DNA from: Phoronis australis
Taxonomy: Eukaryota; Animalia; Phoronida
NCBI GenBank assembly: GCA_002633005.1
Contig: NMRA01000009.1
Span: forward strand, 101,138-165,137
Reading direction: 5' to 3'
DNA: 64,000 nt
Shown here piece after piece: positions 27,510 through 41,158 of this stretch (its first letter is position 1; each line of letters begins with the position of its first letter). The notes under the pieces were generated by a model. The model did not search any database. It was not told the origin of the DNA and saw only the letters and a program-made list of their open reading frames with translations. The translations under genes and the position numbers were made by a program.

Positions 27510-29978
27510 TAATCTCCTCACCAAGGCTCAAATCTACCGCTACAAAAGAGGTGTTTAAATTAAAGATTGGTTAAAAGTATAATAAGAGGGAATTAGCATA
27601 ACAGAGGAAGCAGAGTCCTCAACAATACTGTGGGGCATCCTAGTGTAAACATGTGTTTACATCAGCACTTAACAAGAGCATTTATTCAAATAGCCAGCTG
27701 ATGAGCAATCATTGAAAGTAATAAATCGCTAAAACAAACACCTTACAAATAGTGTATGTCTTACTTAGAAACCAGAGGCAAAGCTATAAGATTTATAAGA
27801 GAAATTTTTAATAATAGCTGTGAATTTTGATCGTTATTTTAAAAAGGACATTTTGGTAACAGAGTGATAATGTTTCCTTGACCTTTCAAAGTGTGGACTG
27901 AGTAAAATGTCAGATGACATTTGATTAAAAGGTATGACATATTGTTTTTGCAGTTACTTGTTGAAAAGGGTACGTGAGTAACAATTTTCAACAGTTTCCA
28001 CAATAATGTTCGGGGTTATTAAAAATATTATACAGATCAGGCGGACTGTATTACTTAATAATGGCATGGTTTGCCTGTAATCGCAGATAGAGATAGAAGC
28101 TCTAAGGCTATTGATTTTTTCTATTTAATGTGAACGACAGTGAAATCAAGCTTCTGTATTGACAACCTTCCAACCACATCAAATAAGCGCAAGCCAGCAG
28201 GCTAATAACATTACGAAATCACAGCTAAATACCCTCACGCCCTGCAGGCTAAATATAACACATTCGAATGCCAATTTGGCCAGCTTTTCTCTGCAGTAGA
28301 GTAATCCTTTATGCTCTTGGTTAATTAGCATGCATTAATTACTCTTAACAGAGTGAATCTGATGGGTGAATCCTCTCAACACTAAGGCTATTTTTTATGG
28401 GCTACTTGGTGATACAGATATTTCCATTCAAGAATTGATAACACCTATCGTATAAGATAAAACCGTTTTTAAACTTGAAATTCAAGATAAAGTAAACATG
28501 TGGACAGGCAGCTTGATTTCACAGTTTGCGCAAGATGGATGGTGGACAGGCTGACATTTGGTTCTCTAATTCCCAAATGCCAACAGTCAGATCACTTTGT
28601 GGAAACAGAAACTAAAAATTTAATTTGTCTAATGTGTTGCTGATGATTAATTTTTATCGGAATATCATGAGGGAATTGCTTTTAAGTTCTTGTTTCTATA
28701 TACTGAAATCCATGTCCTTTAAGTTGAAAATACTCAAAATTTAAATTTAGAAAGTTCATCAGATATGTTTCAATTCAAACTGTTGGATTTTTATGCCTAA
28801 TATTTCTCGTATAAAATAGGTTAAGCCCATCTTGATTCTTGACCATTGCAAGTGCATATGGATGTAAAGTTACTATTGAAACACAAAAGGAAGAAATATG
28901 TCCCATAGTGAACTACTAGTGACACTTTGCACCATTATTTGTCCTTGTAGTTGCATCATCACTCATGATGCTGTAAAGTAAAGAAAGACCAAGTTTTTGT
29001 ACAATGAAAGTGACTTTACATATATATGTATCAAACAATAACCTGTGCTGATGAGTCAACAATTCTGGTGTACCGACTTGTACAGACAAGGAATGAACAG
29101 AAGGGGAATTATGATTTTGCCAAGGTCAAAGAGAATCCCGGCAGACATAACTATTCCTGTTAAGTGCTGAAACAACCTCGTTGATAAATTGACATGTGAG
29201 TTTAATGAGCAACTAGAGTACAAAAGAAAAACAATGGAGGTGTCTGGAATGACATTCAATTTTGTAAACACTTTTACCACAGGGTCACATCAGTTTGATA
29301 ACATATTCCAAATGGTTCAACTATTCCCACAAACAGCAGTGGGCTGTTTTTTGGCGTTTGAAGAACGTGTTGTTCAAAATAATACCCATGTATTTAGCAT
29401 TTTATTAGCCTACTGGACACTATGATGGATGTGCAATGGGCATACTTCACAATTAATGTTATTTACAACATGGAGGGGAATTTGTGGGTAATTTATTGTC
29501 AACAAACAAATAAGCTGCTCAATAATTGGCAAAATGTGAGGTCATAATACCATGGGTAATTGTGGGTTCCTTTATGGTCCTAACAAGTAGGTGTGTACCA
29601 TTCATATAGCCAGTCATTAGGCTGGAGTCTACTGCATAACTAGCATCCATACAAAGGGCACACAATGGACTAAGCTAACCTTCAATAGCCCCACCAACCA
29701 CAGCTAAGAGTTCAACTCAGTCACAGAGTAAAGTAAAAGTAGCCTCTATTCAAAATCATTGGCAGTTTCCTTAATAATTTTACACCCATCAACATGGCCA
29801 CAATGCAGCCCTATTGCTCAGTTGTTGTTCTTTACCTTGACTGTGGCTAAAGGAAACAACAGTTCACTAAATGTGTGCCTGTCATATTTACAAATTGTTG
29901 TTATTCTTATAACAGCAAAATGAAGTAGTCTGACATGCTTTATGCACACCTGATCAGGCGAGAGTTATCATTCTGTCT

Positions 29979-30200
29979 CCAGTCTGATCTAGGTACAGTA
30001 ACACCATCACCAGTCTGATCTAGGTACAGTAACACCATCACCAGTCTGATCTAGGTACAGTAACACCATCACCAGTCTGATCTAGGTACAGTAACACCAT
30101 CACCAGTCTGATCTAGGTACAGTAACACCATCACCAGTCCACCAGATTATCATTCTGTCTCCAGTCTGATCTAGGTACAGTAACACCATCACCACTCCAC
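29979..30200. repeat. 31-bp minisatellite x~6
   Basis: CCAGTCTGATCTAGGTACAGTAACACCATCA units. Confidence 0.9.
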
Positions 30201-31049
30201 CAGATTTGACCAAAAATAATTGTTGTAGGATACACAAGTAAATCTTCTTAGCAGCCCAAGTTTAACAAGACATCATTTGCTCTTACTCCTATGGTGACAC
30301 CTTGCCTATTGCTATTGGACAGTCTTGTTGTACACTGTCAGTGCAGGAAGGGATTTCTGTTTCAACACTTAGCAGACAGGGGATGCCCTCCACCATGCTA
30401 AGAACCTGTCACTGTAACTATGGGTAACAATTTTGGCATTTTGCACAAAGGGAAATTACTTCCTGATCAGCCAGAGGGGAATAATTAGTCAGCCATTGCA
30501 TGCCATCAGTCACCACTAGCCCATGACAGTCTGTGGTCATAAAAATTGTCTGAACAGTCTCATGTTGGTTTAATTCAAGAAACTAATATAAAACATAATC
30601 AAGATCAAAATAGCAAGGCTACACAATGTTCAAAATTATTTGATTGTCATTAAAAGCAAAGTTGAGAATCAGAATAAATTTTTCACGAATATAAACAAAA
30701 GCATTTCTAAGACTGCTTCCCACCTCATGTCTGCAAAAGTTATCCAACTCCATGCAGACTATGGTATCACTTAAAACACAAACAGTGCTGAGGCAAAAGC
30801 GGGGCTGTTAGTTTGTCCAACAGCATCATTCCACAAGTAAGAGTAGACTTCTAGACTGATATTTTTACAAGCAGTCATGCGGAATCTTTCAGTGTCACGG
30901 CCAATTTCCATGTAATTGTTCTTCAGGACATAACACCACAGCATTGATAGGACCATCATGCCAAAGATGTCACAATAGTATAACCTGACTTGTATTTTTG
31001 TTTAAGTACCCCTAGGTCTTTCCATGACTAGTTGAAATATGGACAAGAG

Positions 31050-31770
31050 GAAACTGTTGATCATAACATGAGCGACTCAGAACATTCATCTACGCCCACA
31101 GTGTGCATCACAAATGGTATGAATATCAGGCAAATTTTTAAAAATATTTGCATTGCAGTCAAATCCATCCATCCGAAAATCAGCATCAGTTGTGTTCTCC
31201 ACATTAAGAACACATCCATCATATTTCATGAAGATCCATCAAAGAACTTGGTAGATATTAAGACAGACTCAATGATAATTGCCACAAGGGAGCACCACAG
31301 TTGCCAGAACTATACAAAAATCAACCCTGCTTTACTCACAACTCCCAAATTTCATGAAGTTCCATCCAAGAACTTAGTACATAATGAGACAGCTACAGCA
31401 GGAGCAGCCCAGTAGTCAGACCTGTTCAAAAATCAACAGCACATGCCAAACTTTACCAAGGTTTGTCAAGATATAGAAGGAGGCACATTATGTGGGACCT
31501 AACTGTATTAAAATGGACACTATTCATGAACACCTCAACAGGATCTCAAACTTCAAAGAAATTTCATAAAGGTCTACTAAAAACTTGGTAGAAACATGTA
31601 CGAAAGGCAGACTCAGATAATTAAAATTGCCACTAGGTGGTGCCACAGTAGATCTGTTCTGATATTATTGTCGGAGAATATGTTGAAACTGAGGTCTGCC
31701 AATTCTTAGGATCTTATTTGTCAAATTTCACGAAGATATATCAAAGGAACTAGGTAAGCAATACAATCAT
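31050..31770. repeat. Old dispersed repeat with internal units (AAATTTCATGAAGATCC...) and CTCF-like motifs
   Basis: Recurrent TTTCATGAAG.TCCATC..AGAACTT units; similar blocks at about 57960-58500 and 63600-64000. Confidence 0.5.
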
Positions 31771-33298
31771 TAACTTAGGGTTCGGGTGAACAAGATTCCG
31801 ATTTCTTTTTAATGAATTCATGAACTTTATGAAAAGCATCACAATGAACTACCGCAGCCACTGTAATCAACAAATATGGGGACTTTGAAAACAATTAGAC
31901 CAAGATACCAAGCACAAATTCACTGCGACTCCATTTTACAAAGTTACCACTTGAGGAGCTCTAGTTAGTTACAAGAGATATTCTCATTGAACTACTTACA
32001 TCAGGACACAGCCTTAACAATTAACAACAGTAAAATTAACCATAACTAAAGTGGGGTTGAAATCCTGACTGCTTTGCAGCACCTTGTAAACAAATCTATG
32101 CATTCAGCTTCATCAATTACAAAATAAAAAGCTTGTAGAATTTAATTAGTAACTTAACACCAATATGCCATTGATTGGGTCATGTGACCAATATGCCATT
32201 GATTGGGTCAAATGACCATGTCTTTTTAGCAAAATGTAACAAAAACTAAAGTACATAACAGCATCATTAACATGACAAAATTTAATTTCATAACAATGGT
32301 CAAGACGAAATCTCAAAATGTTATTATTTACTAATTGTTTTGTTTTCTGATTATGCAGTTTCTTACTATGATTTTCAGTAGAAAAGCCGACCCTAAGAAA
32401 ATTATGTAAAAAAATGCCTATGGGCGTTTATTTGGTGTTACAACCTCTGGTGTCAAGTGCCCAAATAGTGAGGCATTTATTCGGAAAATTTACTCTTTAA
32501 AGTCCACCCAGCGTCAACTTTTAGCCACAAATTCAGTTTTGTGGGACATTTATTATTTATAAAAATGAACAGTGTTGACGAACTATTTATTTATTAACTT
32601 AAAAATAAAAAGCACAGTTTTATGCAAAAAGCTCATACCAGAAAATCCTGGTACATATTTTTCAAAGAAATCACATAACTTATTTTTGAATAACTCCTCT
32701 TTTTGAAGTTGACCGGTTCAAAAGCATAAGATAGTATATGAAAGTTTCATTTTAATTTGTTGAACGATTTCTGACATATGTTTCGAAGTCGGCCATATCT
32801 GAACATTTTCTAAAATCAGACAAAATATGCTTCATCGAAGTTGTGTATCAAATAGAGGTTAGTTGCTGAAGAATACTATGAGTAGCTTTCACAGAAAAAG
32901 GAGGATTCGGTCTCAAAAAAATCTGGTTTTGAATTTGGCAGACAACTGTTGAATTAAGCTATGAGTTGCGTTTACACTACACAGGTTGACATATCAACTG
33001 ACATGGAACCAGATGATCAAGTGCAAGGTGAAGTATGAGTGTCCACAGGGATGACACACGGAGCAAACCGACACCACAGTGACAACTTTTGTCACCCCTT
33101 TGTGAAGTAGAGCAACTTGCGCCCGATAATCTTGCTCCGTGTCAACTATAAGTCTAAGTGTGAAACTGGGGCAAGGCGGAGGGGAACATTTCTATTGTGC
33201 AAAAAATGCACACATATATTCAGGTGATCATTTTTGCACAATTTCTACAATTAGCCAGTCAGCTGCTCAGTGCCTTGTCTTCTTATTTTAACACTTAA

Positions 33299-36223
33299 GG
33301 GCCTTTCATACTAACGTGGACGCGTTGATGGTTTGGGGAGTTGCGGTCAGAATGAATGCTTAACTCCGCTCCTGGATCGCAGTTAACAGCTCCAATTAAC
33401 ATCGTAGGTAATAGGTGTATTTAAGACCGAAGCGTCGACGCTGCGGTGCAGTATGAACGCTTAACTCCGGTTCAATCGAAGTTATCGCCAGGTGCCACTG
33501 TTATCGTCAACAGTTACAGCAGGGCTCGATATAACGAGCTGCAGGTCGCTTTTAGCGACCTGAAATTTGCAAATGCGAGCTGAGATTTTTGTCAGCTCGT
33601 ATCAAGTTGCAAAATGCGACCAGGAATTTCCAACGAATGCGAGCTGAGTTTTTACACTTCTCGGCAGATACCTGGCAAATATAAAGCAACTCTTGTTAAT
33701 CCGACCGTGATTTGGTTGTTTCCAAATCCAAGTTCAAAAGACCACTAACCAGAACAGCCCTCCCGATGACTTGTAAGCAAGTCGCGTGAACATGGGATAT
33801 GCAGAATCTTTTGACGCGTTTCATTGGCTAACATTTTCGACCACTTTTGCAAATTTCTGAATTCGCTGAAGAAAGTTTCGGGCAACTGCATAACAAGTGA
33901 TAAAATGTCACAAAAGAGCGGTGTTTCTACTAATTCTTAAGCGATCAAACTTACCAAACTTTGTGGTGGACAAATATATTTATTTTTCGCGTAAGTTGTC
34001 CTTATTTCATGTACCAAATATCCACGACAATATCCCTGATATTGCACTGCGGCACTGGTCGGTCCCGTTGTTAGCGCACAAGTGCCGGATCCCGGCAGAA
34101 TCGTTTTTATCGCATAAGACAGCCTAAGTGAACATAATAACCCTATTAATCGCCAAACGACGGCCACGTCTTTACTTTCAGTTGCCAAGAAATTCTCAAA
34201 CCCTTTACTGGTTTCTGGGGCTACATGCGCGAAATGTGATTTGTCTTTCACACGTTGTTACCAACGTAAAGTGTAGGCCTACTCCAGCGATTCAAGTGTG
34301 TGAACTCACGCGTGCGCACTACTTCAAAGCTGCACATCAAAAGAGAATAGCGACAGTCCTAAATGAAAGAGTATACCGGCTTGGCTTTGTTAAGCACCCG
34401 GGTAAAAGTGGTTTATTTGAAAATGAACTCATAGATTCCAGATGGTTATAAAAGACCCAATGCCTTACAATTATTCCCCGGGACCGATACAACCCAGAAC
34501 TGATACTTTCCTGTCCCCATGTTTACTGAGGTCGAGGTTGCCTAGACCCTATATTCTATGCCCGAAGCAAGCTATTGCAACTAAACGGATACTAGATGCA
34601 AAATTGTGGTTAGCGAACTTTTTATTCTTCTCTTCATACCCCCCCCCCCACCTCCCCAGCAACTTTTCGCTCCCCGGACCACCGTTGCCGTAAAATGTTC
34701 AGAATCCAATAGAAACAATCTTGGTCCGGCTGAAGCGGGCAATTAAAAAGTCACCCCTATTAGATGGAGTTTGCCTCGCAAAATCGTATTATTATAACGT
34801 TTTTTACCATTGTAGTCTTTTAATATCTTATTACCGCAAACACTCAGGTTAACGACTATGCTCACGCACAAGCCTGCTCCCTACCTTTGAAGTGTTTCAT
34901 AATAAGCATTCACTGCTCTACTAAGCGTTCCCCCCTCAACTTTTGAAAATTTCCAATTAAGCACCCACAGTTCATGCTAGAGCCCATCATGATAGCGCAC
35001 TACAAACGACCGCGCGTGGTTTAAAATTGACACGCAGCCCGTATGGTGTGTCACTCTCATTTTACACAACAAATTCAGTTTTCAAAAAACGTCTCATCTC
35101 AATATGTAAAAACTAAATTCCCGCTTTGTTTTATACCGCCGAAAAAAGTTAAGCACTACTGATATGCATGTCTTTTTGTGACTGACCTATTTTTCTCGTA
35201 CTTGAAAGGTATTGAGGAGCAAACTCGCCATTACCCGATGGAAACCCGCACGGACGGAGTCACGAATTATTTCGAGGCTATATTCATTTTATGGAAAACT
35301 AATTGTTGAGTACGTAATCAGCATAAGTACCACATTCTTGTTGTGAAATTTGCACTGAATTGTTCCCGTGCATCCAAATAGGTCATTCGGTTAGGGCACC
35401 GTTTCATGGTTTTTTTGACTGATGTTTTTCAAACGTTGATTTAAGTTGCGAAATTTGGGCTGCGAACAAAAAGTGGAGGGAATTTGCACTTCGAATTAGT
35501 TTGAATCTTTAACGACTTTGATGAAAGCCAATAGCAGGTCAGACCCAGCAAAATCCCGAATACTTTTTCAACAGGCATTTTCCCGCTTTTCACATCGCAA
35601 ACTTATCTATACGAATGCACGTGTCAGTTAGAGAGCACTGATTCAACTTTCATGTCAGCACCTTGCTTTGCGCTCTAGAGCCTTTCAATGGTGGTCGTGA
35701 AGAACAGTAACGCCGTACCTGCATGAGCAAAGTGAATTTTGCGATCTGAAACTTATGAATATTTAACGCTGCAGGTAAGAGCATAATCTAAACATTTTCT
35801 CGATGATCTAAAAAATCAAATTTGGCGCGTAAAATGGTGGGAAAATTTCGCGACCTGGCATTTATGAATGCGAGCTGGATTTTGAAAATGCGACTTGGGG
35901 TTTTGGCTGACGATTTTAATAGCGTCGAGCCCTGTACAATGTAGTGCCATCACTAATAGCTGCTTATATTTTGCTCTCATGATAATCAATCGATTTAAAA
36001 ATAAGTTTTATGTCACTTAGCAAATGTAAGTATTTCCAAATTGAAACACTGAAAAAAATCTTAGCGTGCAACGCTACCTTGTGATAACTTAGATGACGAC
36101 AGCGGCACCAACCGCTTACTTTCATGTTCATTAACTACCGAAGCCAGTATGAACTGTCCAGTTAACCGCACTGTTTACGTCGACGCTCCCCTCAGACCGG
36201 AGTTAAGTCAATATGAAAGGGCC
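33299..36223. mobile_element. PIF/Harbinger-like MITE split by a 2.4-kb insertion
   Basis: TIR GGGCCTTTCATA / TATGAAAGGGCC with TAA/TTA flanks; uninterrupted relative at 44231-44689. Confidence 0.65.
33520..35934. mobile_element. hAT-like non-autonomous element nested in the MITE
   Basis: TIR CAGGGCTCGA / TCGAGCCCTG, subterminal GCGAC/GCGAG repeats, flanks TACAG / TACAA (5-bp TSD with one mismatch). Confidence 0.7.
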
Positions 36224-36434
36224 TTTAAACACTTAAAACCTGAACACCATTTACTTTATTAGGAAATTGTCAGAATATATTACACACAGTTAACAGTCAA
36301 GACTGGGTTCAATTCAAAGGCTTGGTTATGTACAGTAGGCCTACTGATGAAAGCGTTAATCAGCTGATAAAAAATCATTCAAGCAAAACTCAATGACACG
36401 AATTACGTACACATAGGAGAATTAGAAGCACCAT

Positions 36435-36435
<1 letters not shown>

Positions 36436-36466
<31 letters not shown>
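36436..36466. repeat. (AAC)n microsatellite
   Basis: About 10 AAC units. Confidence 0.9.
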
Positions 36467-36467
<1 letters not shown>

Positions 36468-36559
36468 AAACAATTTGCAGCTTTGAGCACGGGCACTCCA
36501 CATTCCTACCTATAACTTTCGCCTTGCCATGTTTCTGAGTTGTGTGTAAACCACTGCTT

Positions 36560-38006
36560 CACAGGTGAGAAACAACATGACCGCCAGTCCTCTAAATCGG
36601 ACTGACTCACCCAAAACAGGACCTCCGAGGATCAAATGGGACCGTCACACCAGAAAATGGGACTGACGAACCTAAAAACATGACCGCCCCACAAAAAAAC
36701 AGGACCGCCGGAGACTGAACATGACCGCCGGACAATATGTAGTTATCAATGTCTTTGTATGATACTGCTTGTGATTATGTAACCGATCAGCTAGCTGTGT
36801 AAAGACTCGCCAAAATAAAGCTTGGTAGCACTGCGTTATGGAGCTCCGTGACATCCCCGAAATTTCCCACAGCCCGGGTATAGTTCTGCTCATCACCTAG
36901 TCATGAAACTTATATCAACATGTAGAGCTAGAGAGCGGAGCAGGCGCATGCAAAATCTAGAAGTCAATCAACACTCACCTTGCAGGTTGCAGCCGCTTAA
37001 GTGAAAAACAATCTAATGAACGTCATTTGTTTGCCTAATGCAACAAAAAAGTCTGTCGCGCTTGTGACATGAGTACGCGACATGTCCTAAAATTTTGCCA
37101 CATCTTTCGAAAGATGATGACTCAACTTCTCAGCAGCACGATTTGTTCTGAAATTCGATTAGCTAGTATGGTAAGATAGTAAAAACTTATGAAGAAATGA
37201 AACCAGTTCCGATAATTTGTTGTTCCATGTACGCAACCTCGTAGAAGAGAAAAAGAGCTGACTGAACGGTGAAAAAATTAAGGAACTGGTCAATGTAAGC
37301 TGACCTAAAAGAATGCATTTCAATTTTAGCAGCAGAATAACGACAATTTTTCCCGGCGAGCGCCGATAAATAATTTAGTTTACTTAAGGAAGAGTGTCGT
37401 TAATAACACTAATTCGGTGAAGATTTTGTATGTTCAGTGTTTTACCCACATCGGCGCCAAGCTGTATATTTCGTACAATACTGCTTTGCCGCACAAAGGC
37501 TAGTTATGATGCTTCACCCGAGAACCAGAACGCCCATTTTTTTTTTCTTGACTAAAACATCAAATTGGAGAAAACAATTTTCATTTTGTTCTTAAACTTA
37601 CGCAGTGGATAAAGTTATAATTATTTAGCTCAAAAGCGTGCAACGTGGTTGGTTTGTGGTTAAAACTCAAAAGCGACGCGTGTTACAATGCGAAGTGTCC
37701 TGTAGCGCATAAAAGATTTCGTTGGAGTAATCGGCACGAGACCTGCATATGCATATGTATATAGCTCCATTGTATGATCTGTGTAGGCCTACAGATAATT
37801 AATCTTAGCTTGTTTGTCACTGCGGTTTCAATCCCCGGTGGTCATGTTCAGTCCCCGGAGATCCTGTTTTCTGGTGGGGCGGTCATGTTTTTAGGTGAGT
37901 CAGTCCCATTTTCTGGTGCGACAGTCCCATTTGATCCCGGAGGTCCTGTTTTGGGTGAGTCGGTCCGATTTAAGAGGACCGGCGGTCATGTTGTTTCTCA
38001 CCCGTG
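36560..38006. mobile_element. Non-autonomous DNA transposon, CAC...GTG ends, about 170-bp TIRs, 5-bp TSD (Transib- or hAT5-like)
   Basis: TGCTT|CACAGGTGAGAAACAACATGACCGCC ... GGCGGTCATGTTGTTTCTCACCCGTG|TGCTT; the interior (about 36780-37500) is an R1-family segment. Confidence 0.8.
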
Positions 38007-41000
38007 TGCTTGACACCAGTCATCTTGCGCTGTGTCAGTTGCACCACGTCAAAAGTTAATGTCTAAACAGGACTATTGATAGCAGGCAATCCGCTGTATA
38101 AGGGATGTTATTCAGTGGATTAAACTGCACCTCAAAATTATGATACCCGTTTGATAACCTCAAAAGTGAATGTACTGTAGTTACACAAGACATGATGATC
38201 AGATGTAGCAATACCAGTGGTGATGTAATAAAACAAATTTGGTCAAACTGTCAGAAAGAAGAGATCAGCTGTGATCAAAGATGTCAAGACCAGTGATATG
38301 TTTGAGAGGGAGATGATTCATTATTACTTACAACAATATAACCAGTACCAGTGTATTCAAACATGGTCAGCCATTGAACCAACAATCAACTGGTGTTTGA
38401 TAATCACTCAGGACATGCTACAACTTGGATTAAAGCAATCAATAACAAGTCATACTCAAACAATAGAAACTGGGTTAGATGGACACTAGTTGGTAGCCTC
38501 CATGTCACACAATGAGAGCTCCAGTCAATATGGAGACAGTGTGCCTATTGGCCAACTTGTATCAATTTACACAGGCAGTAATTATAATCACATGGTCTCA
38601 GATACAGTCATTGTGTGCCTTGACAAAACTGCTAGAGAAGGCTCATAAATATTCATAACCATGTCAAGATTCCACCATTTTTTTCTACCACAGGTCCAGG
38701 AGAACACTGAGGTTTAGGTTTATTATCTTATTGCATCTACATATTGGTAGAGTGGAAACAAGTTCAGCAGAATTACTGTCAACAATAGCTGTTGACTATA
38801 AACTGTTGACTATAAGCTCCCTATATCATAAATTCTATGGATGGACATATAAAGGATGTGAATACATACAGATTGAACTGCAGCGCTACCTTGAGTATTA
38901 CAAGAGAGTTTGTTATTTTCGCACTTAAAGTCAGAAAGGGTACTGAAACAGGTTCTGGTTCTGAGATTCCTCGAAAAAAGTTATACACGCAAAAATGAAT
39001 GTTGAAATTCGAAGTATCATAAATGGTTGGATAATAAATGGAACAAAATGCTTATAATAGTAGACTGGTGAATAACTGAAAAATATATCCAGTAATAACA
39101 CAACGCATGTCATTATAGAGAGTAAGACCAACTGATAACACTGAGGACAATGAAAGTAACCTTCTGTTACTACCGTATATACAAGTGTCAATGTAAAATT
39201 AAATCCCTCTATTTACTGAACAGTTAATTTGTGTACTTAACTTTGAACCATGATTGAATAAATTCGATCCAAGATCGAAGTTAACAGTTCATACCAAACG
39301 ACATTTTCCCAAAACAGTGATGGTTGACACTGGTATGAGGTCCTTTTGACATGGAATAGTCAGGATGTGAAACTGAACCAGTTACCTAAATTCTTAAATC
39401 AAAAGAGTTTTTTAACAGCTGTTAAGTAGGCCATTGTGCACAGCTAATTAATGGAATCAGACCGTCAAATTAAAACAAATGTCTTCATCCAACCCCCTAT
39501 GCTAGACTAGGTTAATAAGACCTACTAGAACCACAAAATGTTACCAATGCCAGGACATCTGATGCCCCCAATGTTGAGAATAAATATCAACTCCATTCCC
39601 CATACATTCTCAGTAAGACACAAGCTTTCCATTCACTGAAACAGTTTTAAGAGCACAAAAACTTCTTTCCAACGACAAGCATGCCAGTAAAGTACTCTTC
39701 TTCACAAGACAAAATTCAAACTCAATGAAATTACAAAATTCGTGAAGTTTTGCAAGTCTATGTCTGTCCTGTGATATGTTTGCATGTAAAACCTTGGAAT
39801 CAGTACATTGAACAAAATGTCCTAATTTGATGAAGAAATGATCAATTCATGATTTCAAACCTTGTTGACTTGTTTTTCAAATTCCACACGGGTGAGCCAA
39901 ACTCATCACAGCAAAATCCGAACTCATCAAAGTAGGTTGTGGAGAACGATAGACGCAAGGTGCCTCCGCTTTCTCAAAATATGAAGACGAAATGAATAAA
40001 TGAAAGCGCTCGGAGTGACACTTGACAAAATTAACTGAAAAGACCTCAATGGAGATGATGATGACGATGGTGGCCATGATGAACATGATGATAATGTTCA
40101 TATGACAAATGAAGATGTCAGAAATCAGTAAGAAACAGGCTACAGTCTTGTTGAATATAGGGTAAACCAACAAAACTGCAGCAACAAAGGAACAGCGTTA
40201 CCAGAAAATGTTGAATAATTCAAAAAGTAGATGTCCTAGTGAAAAATAGAAACTTTCTTCAGAAAGCCCGTTCAAAACTCTATCTAACAAGTTAGTTTCA
40301 CAAAATTCCGTAAATTTTCCACAATTTTCAAATTTTGTTTTTTTTTTAAATTGAATGTTAAACAACTCAAAACTGGTAAGTTTGAAAAAAATTGTTACAA
40401 GTCATTCGAAAGAGTATACCTTAGAGAGTCCACATGTAAAAACCCACGTCATTTGCTCTTCCCGTTTTAAATGGCACCCCAGCAAGATTGAAAATGGATA
40501 AAAATGCGTCAGATCCACCAAATTGAAAACAACTTCTGGTTAAACAGCACTAGATGATAGCTAGGTACAGGCAGCTAACACACTTTGAAGCAATTTGTCC
40601 TACAATGCACCCTTTAACGGACAAAACGTTTTTGTCCCGAAATCAAAGTGCACACGTGCAATGGCTGATATTTTTGCCATATCTGTAGCACACGTCTGAC
40701 ACAATAATTGTACCGATTTTCAGCTGTGTGCATAAAAAATTGCAATCTCTAATGAGCATTTGAATTTGAAAACAAAATGGCCACCAGGTTCGGCATTTTG
40801 AATCCGATCATGTTGAAAAACAATAATCTTCCAGCTCTTCTGGAACTACAAGTTGTGTGTACACTTCGTGCAGATCGGATTTCAACTGCAACCTGTATTG
40901 TGCGAGCACAAAAAATTAGTGTCAGAGCAACATACTTAAGGGTGAAATTTTATTTTGCCAAGTAACAAATGTTTGATTTGCACAACAGAGCTCTCAGCAA

Positions 41001-41038
41001 GAATGACATACCATCACTGGTTTTGTCAGACATGACAC

Positions 41039-41158
41039 AAGTCTTGTATGTGTGGATAAAGAAGTGCATTTTAGCCTCTACCCTAAACCATATCACAAAA
41101 GTCTTGTATGTGTGGATAAAGAAGTGCATTTTAGCCTCTACCCTAAACCATATCACAA
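41039..41158. repeat. 60-bp tandem duplication
   Basis: Two identical copies of GTCTTGTATGTGTGGATAAAGAAGTG... Confidence 0.9.

Noticed and set aside
10295-30200. Short direct-repeat arrays resembling CRISPR
   Set aside because: Units are contiguous without unique spacers, no cas genes, animal intron context.
31032-31415. 127-aa ORF
   Set aside because: Lies in a degenerate repeat with recurring units; antisense in the TCF intron; no domain recognised.
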